From Bacteroidota bacterium (GTDB lineage: Bacteria; Bacteroidota; Bacteroidia; Bacteroidales; B18-G4): DNA of 64,000 bases. Numbering within the stretch: position 1 is the first letter of the stretch; each line of letters begins with the position of its first letter. The stretch is from contig JAHJRE010000139.1 in NCBI GenBank assembly GCA_018831055.1, positions 38,380-102,379 on the forward strand. Reading direction: 5' to 3'. The notes beneath the pieces are model-generated. The model saw nothing but the letters and a program-made list of their open reading frames with translations. It made no database searches and was not told the origin of the DNA. The translations under genes and the position numbers were made by a program. Shown here piece by piece: positions 46,489-56,144 of this stretch.

Positions 46489-47805
46489 ATGGAATGGAGA
46501 AAAGAAATCCGGATATTATTCTGGATAGCGGCGTTTTTCCTGTTTGCCTATTTTCTGCCTCTCGACAGTATCCGGTTTAATGAGGCGGTTTTTGCCATGC
46601 TGGATCTGGCGAAATGGTATGCCAGGGAACATGTGATCTTATGTTTGCTGCCGGCTTTTTTTATTGCCGGAGTAATCGCGGTGTTTGTGAGCCAGGGTTC
46701 GGTATTGAAATATTTCGGTGCCAACGCGAAAAAGTGGCTGGCCTATACAGTGGCATCGGTTTCAGGAACCATCCTTGCGGTATGTTCCTGCACTATTTTG
46801 CCATTGTTCTCAAGTATTCACAAAAGGGGAGCAGGATTGGGACCTGCCATTGCTTTTTTGTATTCCGGCCCTGCCATTAATATCCTGGCTATCATCCTTA
46901 CTGCCCGGATTCTGGGTTGGCAGCTCGGGCTTGCCCGTGTAGTGGGTGCGGTAGTCTTCAGTGTGCTGATCGGGCTGATCATGTCGATGATTTACCGCAA
47001 GGAAGAAAGAAAAAAGGCTGAAGAACAGATGAATGTGATGGTTGAACCGGAAAGCAGGCCTCTCTGGCAAACGGCTTTTCACTTTTTTGTGCTTGTACTT
47101 ATTTTGGTGATGGTGAACTGGGGCAAACCCGGCAATGATGTCCAACAGGGTTTATGGTATTTTCTCTGGTCTCAGAAATGGCTGATCACTGCAGTACTTT
47201 CCCTTTTCCTGGCTTATTCCCTGATCAAAGTACTGAAGATCAAATGGTGGTATGTATTATTAACTGCCCTTGCTGTGATGGTCACAGCCATTGCTTTTGC
47301 GAATCCCATAATTCCTTTTGTAACCGGACTGGCCGGATTAACGGTGATTACCCTGATGAGCGGCGGAGAAAACCGTGAATGGACGATCTCAAGCTGGGAT
47401 TTTGCCAAACAAATTATGCCTTTGCTTGCGCTCGGGGTGCTGGTGGCCGGTTTTCTGCTGGGCTCAACCCATGATGAAACACAGATACCAGGAATTATAC
47501 CGAATGAATGGATATCTTCATTAGTTGGTGGTAATTCGTTGTTTTCCAATTTCTTCGCTTCCATCGTGGGAGCGTTTATGTACTTTGCTACACTTACTGA
47601 GGTTCCCATTTTACAGGGTTTGATTAATTCAGGTATGGGACAGGGGCCTGCTCTGGCGCTTTTGCTGGCCGGGCCATCGTTGTCACTGCCCAATATGCTG
47701 GTGATCAGGAGTGTTATGGGTACACAGAAAACCATCGTATATGTTTGTCTGGTGGTTGTTATGGCAACCCTGAGCGGTTTGATTTATGGTATAATGGTCA
47801 ACTAA
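46489..47805 (+). CDS. arsP: ArsP-type permease (PF03773-like two-domain permease; organoarsenical efflux candidate)
   Basis: 438 aa with multiple TM helices. The conserved block TILAVCSCTILPLFSSIHKRGAGLGPAIAFLYSGPAINI includes the vicinal Cys-x-Cys. Confidence 0.7.
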   Translation: MEWRKEIRILFWIAAFFLFAYFLPLDSIRFNEAVFAMLDLAKWYAREHVILCLLPAFFIAGVIAVFVSQGSVLKYFGANAKKWLAYTVASVSGTILAVCSCTILPLFSSIHKRGAGLGPAIAFLYSGPAINILAIILTARILGWQLGLARVVGAVVFSVLIGLIMSMIYRKEERKKAEEQMNVMVEPESRPLWQTAFHFFVLVLILVMVNWGKPGNDVQQGLWYFLWSQKWLITAVLSLFLAYSLIKVLKIKWWYVLLTALAVMVTAIAFANPIIPFVTGLAGLTVITLMSGGENREWTISSWDFAKQIMPLLALGVLVAGFLLGSTHDETQIPGIIPNEWISSLVGGNSLFSNFFASIVGAFMYFATLTEVPILQGLINSGMGQGPALALLLAGPSLSLPNMLVIRSVMGTQKTIVYVCLVVVMATLSGLIYGIMVN

Positions 47806-47816
47806 AATTCTGAAGA

Positions 47817-48236
47817 ATGAAAATTCTGATACTTTGTACCGGTAACTCCTGCCGCAGCCAGATGGCAGAAGGTTTTCTCAAGTCCTTCGATGCGGAGATT
47901 GAAGTTTCTTCTGCGGGAACCAATCCTGCGGAGCAGGTTCATCCCAAAGCCATCCAGGTGATGAAAGAAGCAGGTATTGATATTTCCGGAAACCGGCCCC
48001 GACTGGTCGATGAATTCCTGGATCAGGAATTTGATTTTGTGATCACTGTTTGCGACGGGGCCAAAGAATCCTGCCCGGCTTTCACAGGAAAGGTGAAACA
48101 CCGCTTGCATATTGGTTTTGAAGACCCTGCAGCCGCTACCGGAACGGAAGAAGAGATCATTAAAGTTTTCAGGACTGTAAGGGACCAGATCAAAGCGCAA
48201 TTCCTGGAGTTTTATAAAAAAGTAAGTGAAAAATGA
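47817..48236 (+). CDS. arsC: Arsenate reductase, LMW-PTPase/thioredoxin-coupled type
   Basis: [19 protein letters not shown] carries the CX5R P-loop. Downstream Cys residues ([10 protein letters not shown]) fit the disulfide cascade. Confidence 0.9.
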   Translation: MKILILCTGNSCRSQMAEGFLKSFDAEIEVSSAGTNPAEQVHPKAIQVMKEAGIDISGNRPRLVDEFLDQEFDFVITVCDGAKESCPAFTGKVKHRLHIGFEDPAAATGTEEEIIKVFRTVRDQIKAQFLEFYKKVSEK

Positions 48237-49279
48237 AAAAACGACTTAAATTCTTAGACCGCTATCTCACGTTGTGGATATTCCTGGCTATGTTTATTGG
48301 TGTATTCTGGGGCTACTTTGATCCGGGTATTGCGGAATTCTGGGACACTTTCTCCTCAGGTACAACCAATATCCCCATCGCCATAGGCCTTATCCTGATG
48401 ATGTATCCCCCGTTGGCAAAGGTCAGGTATGAAGAGTTGCCGCGGGTTTTCAGGAATGTAAAGATACTCGGGTTGTCGCTGGTGCAGAACTGGCTTATCG
48501 GACCGGTGCTGATGTTTGTCCTGGCCATAGTTTTTCTCCGGGGTTACCCGCATTATATGACCGGACTGATCCTGATAGGGCTGGCCCGTTGCATAGCCAT
48601 GGTTATTGTCTGGAACGACCTGGCAAAAGGGAATCGTGAGTATGCCGCCGGACTGGTGGCGTTTAATTCCATTTTCCAGGTGCTGTTTTTTTCTTTTTAC
48701 GCCTATGTTTTTATTACCGTTATTCCAGGATGGCTGGGTATGGAATCTTTTGCTGTGGATATTACCATCCGGCAAATTGCCATCAGCGTTTTTATTTATC
48801 TCGGTATTCCTTTTATTGCAGGATTTCTTACCCGGTTTATCCTGATTCGCATAAAGGATAAGGATTGGTATCACCGTAAGTTCATTCCGAAAATCAGTCC
48901 GATCACTTTGATAGCCTTACTATTTACTATCCTGGTAATGTTCTCCATGAAAGGGGAATATATCGTCAAGATCCCGCTGGATGTTGTCAGGATAGCTATT
49001 CCGCTGATCATCTATTTCGTGGTGATGTTCCTGGTTTCTTTCTTTATGGGCAAAAAGATTGGGGCGGATTACTCAAAAACGACCACCATTGCTTTTACGG
49101 CTGCCAGTAACAATTTTGAGCTTGCCATTGCGGTGGCGATTGCTGTTTTCGGGATCAATTCAGGAGAGGCTTTTGCCGCGGTGATAGGGCCGCTGGTGGA
49201 GGTGCCGGTGCTAATTTCGTTGGTGAATGTTTCTTTGTGGTTAAAAAGGAGATATTTTTCTATAGATAGGTTATTGTAA
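48233..49279 (+). CDS. acr3: ACR3 family arsenite efflux transporter
   Basis: 348 aa with about ten TM helices. The N-terminus [18 protein letters not shown] and the block [10 protein letters not shown] (conserved Cys) are typical of ACR3. It overlaps arsC by 4 nt. Confidence 0.9.
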   Translation: MKKRLKFLDRYLTLWIFLAMFIGVFWGYFDPGIAEFWDTFSSGTTNIPIAIGLILMMYPPLAKVRYEELPRVFRNVKILGLSLVQNWLIGPVLMFVLAIVFLRGYPHYMTGLILIGLARCIAMVIVWNDLAKGNREYAAGLVAFNSIFQVLFFSFYAYVFITVIPGWLGMESFAVDITIRQIAISVFIYLGIPFIAGFLTRFILIRIKDKDWYHRKFIPKISPITLIALLFTILVMFSMKGEYIVKIPLDVVRIAIPLIIYFVVMFLVSFFMGKKIGADYSKTTTIAFTAASNNFELAIAVAIAVFGINSGEAFAAVIGPLVEVPVLISLVNVSLWLKRRYFSIDRLL

Positions 49280-49330
49280 AACTCTCCAACCTCGCGCGGC
49301 AGAAGAACCCCAGCGTATCCTTCTCAACCC

Positions 49331-50461
49331 TTAAATAACAAACTCCCAAAAGTTATCCCTGGTAATACTCTTATAATTGTCTCCATATTGCTCTACCCAT
49401 GTTTTAGGAGCAATTTTCCTGGCTTTTTTGTATTTTATTTCATAGGCATATAGTTTTCCGCCCTTTTCTTCAATATAATCGATTTCGGCACCGGTATAGG
49501 TTCTCCAGAAATAGGAGGAAAGGAAATTCTGAGTGTATTCCAGGTATTTAAACCTTTCTGAAATGATGAAATTTTCCCACAATGCTCCAACATCATTTCT
49601 AATATTGAAACTATTGAAGTTTTCTACCAAGCAGTTTCTGACACCAAGATCCCAAAAATATATTTTATTTCTCTTAGATACCTCTTTCCTGAGATTCCGG
49701 CTATAACCACCTAAGCGGAATATGATAAATGCTTTTTCAAGTAATTCAATATATGATGCCACGGTTTCCTGGCTTAGCTTCAGGTTCAGTGCAAGCTCGT
49801 TGACGGATGTTTCAGAGCCGATTTGAAGCGCCAGTAGTTTTAAAAGCGATGAAATCTTTGAATTATTTTTTATTGATGATAATTCGAAAACATCCTTATA
49901 CAAATATGCAGAAGTAAGTTCACGTAAATACTTTTCTTTGGAATGGCCTGATGTGTGATGAAAAATCACCGGATACATGCCATATATCATGTATTCTTCC
50001 AACTTGCTTTGTAGTTCAAATGCATTGACTTGAACAGACAATTCAGATAATGAGATCGGATACAGAATATGAGTGGAGGTTCGCCCTGTCAGTGGTTCCT
50101 TGACTTTGTTTGCCAGATCAAAAGATGAAGAACCTGTTGCAAGAATTTTTAATGAAGGCCAATTGTCATGAATTATCTTCAGGTTGATGCCTATATCAGG
50201 AATTCTTTGTGCTTCATCAATAAAGAGAATGTCATATCCTGATACCAATAACTTCATACGATCAAGGTCACGTGAAGAGAGTACATCTGCATATTTTATC
50301 TCATCCGCATTTATTTTAAGTACTGATTCACTTGTACCGCTCAGGACATCATTGGAAAGTGTTGTTTTTCCGGTTTGCCTTGCACCATATAAAATAATGA
50401 TGTTTCTGTTGTTTTTCAGGTCTTCCTGGATAGAATTAAATATTTTCCGGACTATTTTCAT
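49331..50461 (-). CDS. AAA-type ATP-binding protein with DUF4143-like C-terminal domain
   Basis: Walker A is YGARQTGKTTL and Walker B is ILFIDEAQ. The C-terminal block YFWRTYTGAEIDYIEE is typical of this family. Confidence 0.8.
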   Translation of the reverse strand: MKIVRKIFNSIQEDLKNNRNIIILYGARQTGKTTLSNDVLSGTSESVLKINADEIKYADVLSSRDLDRMKLLVSGYDILFIDEAQRIPDIGINLKIIHDNWPSLKILATGSSSFDLANKVKEPLTGRTSTHILYPISLSELSVQVNAFELQSKLEEYMIYGMYPVIFHHTSGHSKEKYLRELTSAYLYKDVFELSSIKNNSKISSLLKLLALQIGSETSVNELALNLKLSQETVASYIELLEKAFIIFRLGGYSRNLRKEVSKRNKIYFWDLGVRNCLVENFNSFNIRNDVGALWENFIISERFKYLEYTQNFLSSYFWRTYTGAEIDYIEEKGGKLYAYEIKYKKARKIAPKTWVEQYGDNYKSITRDNFWEFVI

Positions 50462-50608
50462 AGAACAAATTTTGGAATAAAGGTAGTAAATTCACGTGAA
50501 AATTTCAAATCAATTCGAAATATTCACGTTAAATTTTCGAATGAATCTTAAAAATTCAGGGGAATCTTTTATCATGGAGGAGAATTATCTGCTGATTAAG
50601 ATATGGAG

Positions 50609-50616
50609 TATATTTG
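50609..50616 (+). promoter_or_regulatory. Bacteroidota -7 promoter box (TAnnTTTG)
   Basis: TATATTTG lies 20 bp upstream of ATG 50636. Confidence 0.45.
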
Positions 50617-50635
50617 CCGGATTTTATTTCGATTT

Positions 50636-51007
50636 ATGAAAACCGGACTGTATACCATTGGATTACTGATACTTTCCAATATCTTCATGACCCTAGCCTG
50701 GTATGGCCATTTAAAGTTCAGGGAAATTAACTGGTTTGCCGCATTGCCATTGGTCGCCGTTGTACTGATAAGCTGGGGCATAGCCCTGTTCGAGTACTTT
50801 TTCCAGGTGCCTGCAAACCGTATTGGTTTTAAAGGAAACGGAGGCCCTTTTACGCTTGTTGAGCTAAAGGTGATCCAGGAAGTAATCACCCTCGTGGTGT
50901 TTACCCTTTTCACCATCCTGGCATTTAAAAACGAAACCTTCAGGTTGAATCATCTGATTGGCTTTGTTTTTTTGATTTTGGCAGTGTATTTTGTGTTTAA
51001 GAAATAA
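50636..51007 (+). CDS. DMT-superfamily small membrane protein (DUF486-like)
   Basis: ORF 50603..51007; the likely start is ATG 50636. MKTGLYTIGLLILSNIFMTLAWYGHLKF is followed by four TM helices. Confidence 0.65.
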   Translation: MKTGLYTIGLLILSNIFMTLAWYGHLKFREINWFAALPLVAVVLISWGIALFEYFFQVPANRIGFKGNGGPFTLVELKVIQEVITLVVFTLFTILAFKNETFRLNHLIGFVFLILAVYFVFKK

Positions 51008-51056
51008 TGCCGGATGAAGCCATCAGGAATTGTGTTTTAGATATTTCCCGGAAAGA

Positions 51057-51692
51057 TTATGCAAAAGGCAACACCACAAAAACCACCACATCCCACACTG
51101 TGTGGCTTACAATATTCATCAGCATAGAGCGGTATTTTGCGTACATCCATCCCCAGAACAGTCCGGCTGTCAGGGCGGCGGTAATGAGCATGAGATTTCC
51201 GGTGAAAACGTGTACACCGGTATAAATAAGTACCCCAAGGGCAAATCCACCCCATTTACCCAGGTAGGGTTCCAGGTTTCTCTGGAGAAAGCCACGCCAG
51301 AACAGTTCTTCCCCCGGTCCGATGATAAGAAGCATGGATAACGCTATTCTTAAAGCATCGGCATTACCCTTGAAGTTATAAACGCCTTGGATTCCCTCAT
51401 CGGCAATGGGCAAAATAAGCCGTGAGAAGTAATTTCCTGCAAAAAAAACACCATACAAAACAAGCGCTGAAAATACACCCAAAGCGATTTTCCGGATAGG
51501 ATGGGAGAGAAAGTCCTGCCGCAGGATTTTTTTATAACCATGATCAGAAATGAAAACAAAGCTAAGAAGTACGATCAGGTTGAGGCTCATCCACCACCAG
51601 AAATCCAGCGGTCCCAGGTTACGGAACAGAAATAACGGGATAAAAAAAAGTATGCCCAGTAAGGTGATGAATATCAGTTTTTTCTTTGGCAT
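51057..51692 (-). CDS. CPBP family intramembrane glutamic endopeptidase (CAAX protease/Rce1-like)
   Basis: Motif 1 EExxxR is present (GPGEELFWRGF). A later His motif (VSHTVWD) follows. The protein is multi-TM. Confidence 0.8.
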   Translation of the reverse strand: MPKKKLIFITLLGILFFIPLFLFRNLGPLDFWWWMSLNLIVLLSFVFISDHGYKKILRQDFLSHPIRKIALGVFSALVLYGVFFAGNYFSRLILPIADEGIQGVYNFKGNADALRIALSMLLIIGPGEELFWRGFLQRNLEPYLGKWGGFALGVLIYTGVHVFTGNLMLITAALTAGLFWGWMYAKYRSMLMNIVSHTVWDVVVFVVLPFA

Positions 51693-51716
51693 ACTGTGAG
51701 GGTTTTGTCTCTATGT

Positions 51717-52676
51717 TCAGACCAGGTATTGAAGAAGAGCGTGGACGAACAGGGCCAGTGTACAGAGCGATCCAAATACCAGATTCAGTTTGGCAGTAGC
51801 TCCGTCGAGGGCGATGAAATCAAGGGGTTCTTTGGGATTTTTCCTGTTCAGGGCTTTTCTCCAGAGGCTGATGGCCAGGGGCAGTGCAAGCAGGGTGATA
51901 AGGAAAGTAAAGGGCATGGCATCAAGCGAAGGGACGAGGAGGTAAGGAACCAAAATGAGCAATAACACCATGAAGAACGGGCCATAGATCAGGAAGCCAT
52001 AGTACCGGAGAGATTTTTTATCTCCCAGGAGGGAAGCAATGGTGAAAATATTCTTTTGTTTATCGGAGCTGATATCGCGCCAGTTATTGGCATGCAGGAT
52101 GGCAATGACCAGGGTTGACATGGGTATGGCCCATAAAACAGGTATCCAGGAAAGCTCTGTAGTCTGGACATAATAAGCACCCAGGGCGCCGAGTATACCG
52201 AAGTTCATGAACACGGCAAAGTCGCCCAATCCATTGTATTTTAGTGCAAAACGGGTTCCTGAAGTATAAAAAACACCGATAAAAAGGCCGGCAAACCCGA
52301 TAATCAGCAGCCAGATGCCTGTAAGGTAGGTGAGTACAAGCCCTATGATAGTACCTGCTGATAAAAGGATCACTGACGCCCAGGTTGCTTCCCTGGTGCT
52401 GATGAATCCCCTGACGATGCCTCCGCTGGTCGGATTGGGAAGCTTGTCTATTCCTTTTTTATAATCATAGATGTCGCTGAGAATATTGGCTCCGCTATGA
52501 AGAATAACCATTCCTGCAAAAGCCAGTATGAAATTCAGCAGGTTGAAGCCGGTATCACCATAAACAATGGCCAGCACGGTACCAAAGATAACCGGCATGG
52601 TTGAGGCCGGGAATGCGAAAGGGCGAACCGATGTCCACCATTTCTTCAGGAAGGATATTTTGTTGGTATTATCCAT
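51717..52676 (-). CDS. UbiA-superfamily prenyltransferase, MenA-like
   Basis: About nine TM helices are predicted. The first Asp-rich motif is atypical (GANILSDIYDYKKGID). The second motif, NNWRDISSDKQKN, is like MenA NNxRDxxxD. Confidence 0.7.
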   Translation of the reverse strand: MDNTNKISFLKKWWTSVRPFAFPASTMPVIFGTVLAIVYGDTGFNLLNFILAFAGMVILHSGANILSDIYDYKKGIDKLPNPTSGGIVRGFISTREATWASVILLSAGTIIGLVLTYLTGIWLLIIGFAGLFIGVFYTSGTRFALKYNGLGDFAVFMNFGILGALGAYYVQTTELSWIPVLWAIPMSTLVIAILHANNWRDISSDKQKNIFTIASLLGDKKSLRYYGFLIYGPFFMVLLLILVPYLLVPSLDAMPFTFLITLLALPLAISLWRKALNRKNPKEPLDFIALDGATAKLNLVFGSLCTLALFVHALLQYLV

Positions 52677-52713
52677 GAACGTGAAACATTAAAATTGAAT
52701 AATTAACAAACGG

Positions 52714-52721
52714 CAAAGGTA
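52714..52721 (-). promoter_or_regulatory. Bacteroidota -7 promoter box (TAnnTTTG on minus strand)
   Basis: CAAAGGTA on the plus strand reads TACCTTTG on the minus strand, 38 bp upstream of ATG 52676. Confidence 0.4.
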
Positions 52722-52846
52722 AAGGTTTTAAAGTTTCAGGGAACTAATTATTGTTTTATGACTAACAGCAATAAGAAAAAAACCTGTACCGGGTTATTTC
52801 GGCACAGGTTTTAAATATATATCAAAACTTAGTTTGAATAGTTACA

Positions 52847-54334
52847 TCACGGATCCACAACGATGAAAACGGTCTGTATCACGGGTGAGTTGCCGGTTCC
52901 TTGTTTCAGGAATATAACGGCAGCCCAGCCACCGGGTAGCGGAAGGTATTCGTTACCGTATGCCACTGCATCGTCATACATCTGCTGAGCCCAGGTAAGG
53001 GTTGACAGTGCGGGCATACCACCGCTGGCGCTTCCGTTCCACTGAGGCACGTCGAGCAGCCAGAATGCGCCCTGGATATCGGCCCATGTGTAACCCGGAT
53101 ACCAATCGAGGTGGTTCATGATCCAGTTGGCCATATCCCAGTTATCGTTTGCGATGACTGCGGGCATGAGTTCCGGATACAATGAGCTGTAAACATCCAT
53201 GTTGTATGTAGCGCCAACATTAATGGTTACCTGGTGGTCGAAACACCATGAAGCATAGGTTCCGTTTGAAATTTCGTACCCTGCGGGGATATTGGTAAGA
53301 ATAGCATCCAGATATCCTCCCATGCTGCCGGGAGCTGTTTGTCCGCCTACTTTGTAAGTAGCTGTTGCAGGAAGGTTCATATAGGGTGCAAAGATAAAGT
53401 CTGCATCAGGTGCACACATACCCAGTACGAAGTCAACGATGCCGTCGCTTCCCTGCGGGATAACCTGAGCGTCGTAAATGGTCCAGGTTTTAAAGGGCTT
53501 GTAGTTGAAGCCTGCGCCATCCCTTACAAGGATGAAGAGTTTGAAGTCAAACTTGTCGACCAGGTCATCGTAATCGGCATAAGTAACACAAAGCGGTCCT
53601 TCGCCAAGTATGTCTTCATTGTCGAAAGTAGCAACAAGGTTGTCGTTCCTGTAAAGTTCGATTTTTGCGATGGCAGGCATGTCGATCTGAAGTCCATAAG
53701 TCTGCTGCTCATAGAGAGATCCGATGTAATCATTCGGATTCTTGGCACAAAGGTCACCAAAGAAACATTCTTCACGGATGGTAACTTCATCAACTACGAA
53801 CCAGTCGAAACCAAAGCTCGTGTAAACATCGGGCTGGAAGCAGATCACTTCAACCGGGATCTCGAGTTTCAGGAATTCGAGTACATCAATGGTGAAGGGA
53901 ACCGGTTTGCTGATGTAACCGGCAAAGGTACTTCCAACCTCGGGTGTAGCGGCAATGATAACATCATCGCTCATGTCATTCGGAGTCTGGTTGTCGTCCA
54001 TGAACAAAAACTGGGTAACCGTGTAAGTCACATTGGGATCGTAAGGTAATTTGATGGACTGTGTATACGGTTTCTCAACATTGTTGATGGTGAGATAAAA
54101 TACTTCGGGGAAGTATTCTACGCCATTGATGACGACCTTGGCATAATCGACGATTTCCATGCTGCAGTTCGGCACGCCGTCGTTTTTGAAGTTTGAAGGA
54201 TCCACCTGGTCACCGGCGAAAGTTACTTCGATCTCAGTTGGCAGGGTGGTCTCTTCCTGCTGGTCTTTTTTACACATGGTAAAAACCAGCGTGATCATAA
54301 TGGGTATTACCCATAGGAGTTTCAGGTTTTTCAT
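52847..54334 (-). CDS. Lipoprotein of unknown family, paralogue A
   Basis: ORF 52847..54370; the likely start is ATG 54334 (MKNLKLLWVIPIMITLVFTMCKKD). Long blocks are shared with the upstream paralogue: YTQSIKLPYDPN, FGFDWF, CFFGDLC, NPNDYIGSLYEQQ, GSDG(I/V)VDFVLG and NWIMNHLDWYPG.TW.DIQGAFWLLD. Confidence 0.6.
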   Translation of the reverse strand: MKNLKLLWVIPIMITLVFTMCKKDQQEETTLPTEIEVTFAGDQVDPSNFKNDGVPNCSMEIVDYAKVVINGVEYFPEVFYLTINNVEKPYTQSIKLPYDPNVTYTVTQFLFMDDNQTPNDMSDDVIIAATPEVGSTFAGYISKPVPFTIDVLEFLKLEIPVEVICFQPDVYTSFGFDWFVVDEVTIREECFFGDLCAKNPNDYIGSLYEQQTYGLQIDMPAIAKIELYRNDNLVATFDNEDILGEGPLCVTYADYDDLVDKFDFKLFILVRDGAGFNYKPFKTWTIYDAQVIPQGSDGIVDFVLGMCAPDADFIFAPYMNLPATATYKVGGQTAPGSMGGYLDAILTNIPAGYEISNGTYASWCFDHQVTINVGATYNMDVYSSLYPELMPAVIANDNWDMANWIMNHLDWYPGYTWADIQGAFWLLDVPQWNGSASGGMPALSTLTWAQQMYDDAVAYGNEYLPLPGGWAAVIFLKQGTGNSPVIQTVFIVVDP

Positions 54335-54391
54335 TTTTGTAAGATTTAGGGTTATTGCATTCATTTTCAATTTATAAGTTTGGTGGAATTA

Positions 54392-55888
54392 TTATTGTGT
54401 TATTTCAATAAAGACAATGATAAGATTGGGGTGTGCTGCTCCCTGTGGTGTTCCCTGTTCCGTGAAAATAACAGCAGCCTGTTCTCCCCAGGATGGTTCA
54501 AATCCTGTCCCGTATGCATCTGCATCGGTCTTCATCTGTTGTGCGTACTGGAGTTGGGTAACATCGGGTATACCACCGGTTGCGCTGCCATTCCAGGGTT
54601 CCTGGAGGTCGAGCAGCCAAAAGGCTCCCTGTATATCTTCCCAGGTATGTCCCGGATACCAGTCGAGATGGTTCATGATCCAGTTCACTTTATCCCACTG
54701 TTCATTTTCCAGGAAATCGGGACCATAAAAGGTATATAAAGAACTATATACGTCCATGCTGTATTCGTTACCATTTGCAACAGATAGTTGATGATCCAGG
54801 TTCCAGGAGGCGTTGTTCCCATTAGATACATCAAATCCTGAGGGAATATCCGAAAGCTTGGAGTTTATATAGCCTCCCCCGGGATTTCCCGGAGCATAAT
54901 TTGTTGTTTTTAGTGAAGCTGTATATGGTATATTCATATAGGATGGCAGGAAAAAGTCGGCATCGGTAGCACAGGGTCCGAGCACGAAATCTACCACACC
55001 ATCTGAGCCGTCGGGTATCATTTCGTTATCGGAGAATGACCAGTACTGAAAATAACGGTAATCAAAGTCACTTCCTGTTTTAACAAGCACATACAACAGG
55101 AACTCGAACAGGTCAGGATTATGCAGGTAATCTTTGTATGTTATGCACAAGGGTTGTCCTTCACCCAGCCAGGATTCATTGGAAAACTCGCCCTCGAATT
55201 CGCCGTTACGGTATACTTCTACCTTAAATATGGCCGGCATGTCCATTTGCAGTGGACCTGATTGTTGTTCGTAAAGCGAACCGATATAATCATTGGGATT
55301 TTGAACGCAAAGGTCACCAAAGAAACACTGCTCCAGGATGGCGATCTCCTCAATGGCAAACCAGTCGAATCCGAAACTTTCCCATTGATCCGGCTCAAAG
55401 CATAAAACCTGCACCGGGATCTCAAGCTTCTTAAATTCCTCAACCCGAATGCTGAAGTTAACAGGAGTACTGACATACATGGCAAAATCGCTGCCAACGG
55501 TCGGTATGGAGGCAATGATAACATCGTCGCTCTTGTCATTGGGTGTCTGCTGGTCATCCATCAGGTGGAATTGTTCTACCGTAAAGAGATTGCTTGAATT
55601 AGGGTCGTAGGGTAATTTGATGGATTGGGTATAGGTCCTGGTTACACCATTAATATTAAGGTAAAAGACTTCGGGATAATAAGATGTTCCGTTGATGATG
55701 GCCTTGGCGTAATCGGCCGTTTCTATATAACAAAGGGAGTTGTATTCTTTCTGAGCGAGCTGGTCGATCTTTATTCCGGTGAAGGATATCTCAATTTCTT
55801 TGGGTTGCTCCTCTTCCTGGTTTTTTTTACACCCGGTAAGTGATACAATAATTATGAGAAGAATTGTATATACTGCTACGCCCTTCAC
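54392..55888 (-). CDS. Lipoprotein of unknown family, paralogue B
   Basis: A GTG start gives MKGVAVYTILLIIIVSLTGCKKN, a canonical lipobox. It is collinear with paralogue A over its full length and lies 21 bp upstream of it. Confidence 0.6.
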   Translation of the reverse strand: MKGVAVYTILLIIIVSLTGCKKNQEEEQPKEIEISFTGIKIDQLAQKEYNSLCYIETADYAKAIINGTSYYPEVFYLNINGVTRTYTQSIKLPYDPNSSNLFTVEQFHLMDDQQTPNDKSDDVIIASIPTVGSDFAMYVSTPVNFSIRVEEFKKLEIPVQVLCFEPDQWESFGFDWFAIEEIAILEQCFFGDLCVQNPNDYIGSLYEQQSGPLQMDMPAIFKVEVYRNGEFEGEFSNESWLGEGQPLCITYKDYLHNPDLFEFLLYVLVKTGSDFDYRYFQYWSFSDNEMIPDGSDGVVDFVLGPCATDADFFLPSYMNIPYTASLKTTNYAPGNPGGGYINSKLSDIPSGFDVSNGNNASWNLDHQLSVANGNEYSMDVYSSLYTFYGPDFLENEQWDKVNWIMNHLDWYPGHTWEDIQGAFWLLDLQEPWNGSATGGIPDVTQLQYAQQMKTDADAYGTGFEPSWGEQAAVIFTEQGTPQGAAHPNLIIVFIEITQ

Positions 55889-56144
55889 AAATTTTAGATT
55901 TGGGTTAAATAATTGGTCAACTATAATTTATAAGACAATACTATAACACTTTGCATACTGCAAAATCAGTGGTGAAGTTAAGCCGGAATAAAAGAGGTGT
56001 CAATGGGTGAAATTACTCTATTTGAGTGATTTCAGAGGTTATTATACCATCGGACTATAAGTGTTAACAAAATGTTAATAACTAAATATGGGTAAAATTA
56101 CGTATTGACTTTTTTAAAATACTTGATTTTGCTAATAATTACTC

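Noticed and set aside
53339-54049. Long antisense or overlapping ORFs in the six-frame track, for example 53339..54049, 28068..28577, 24860..25387, 30413..30991, 33673..34194, 59823..60368, 47214..47735 and 48356..48874
   Set aside because: Each lies entirely inside, and antisense or out of frame to, a gene with clear family motifs. Their translations are low-complexity and rich in Arg, Cys, His or Gly, with no recognisable motifs or start context. They are typical shadow ORFs.
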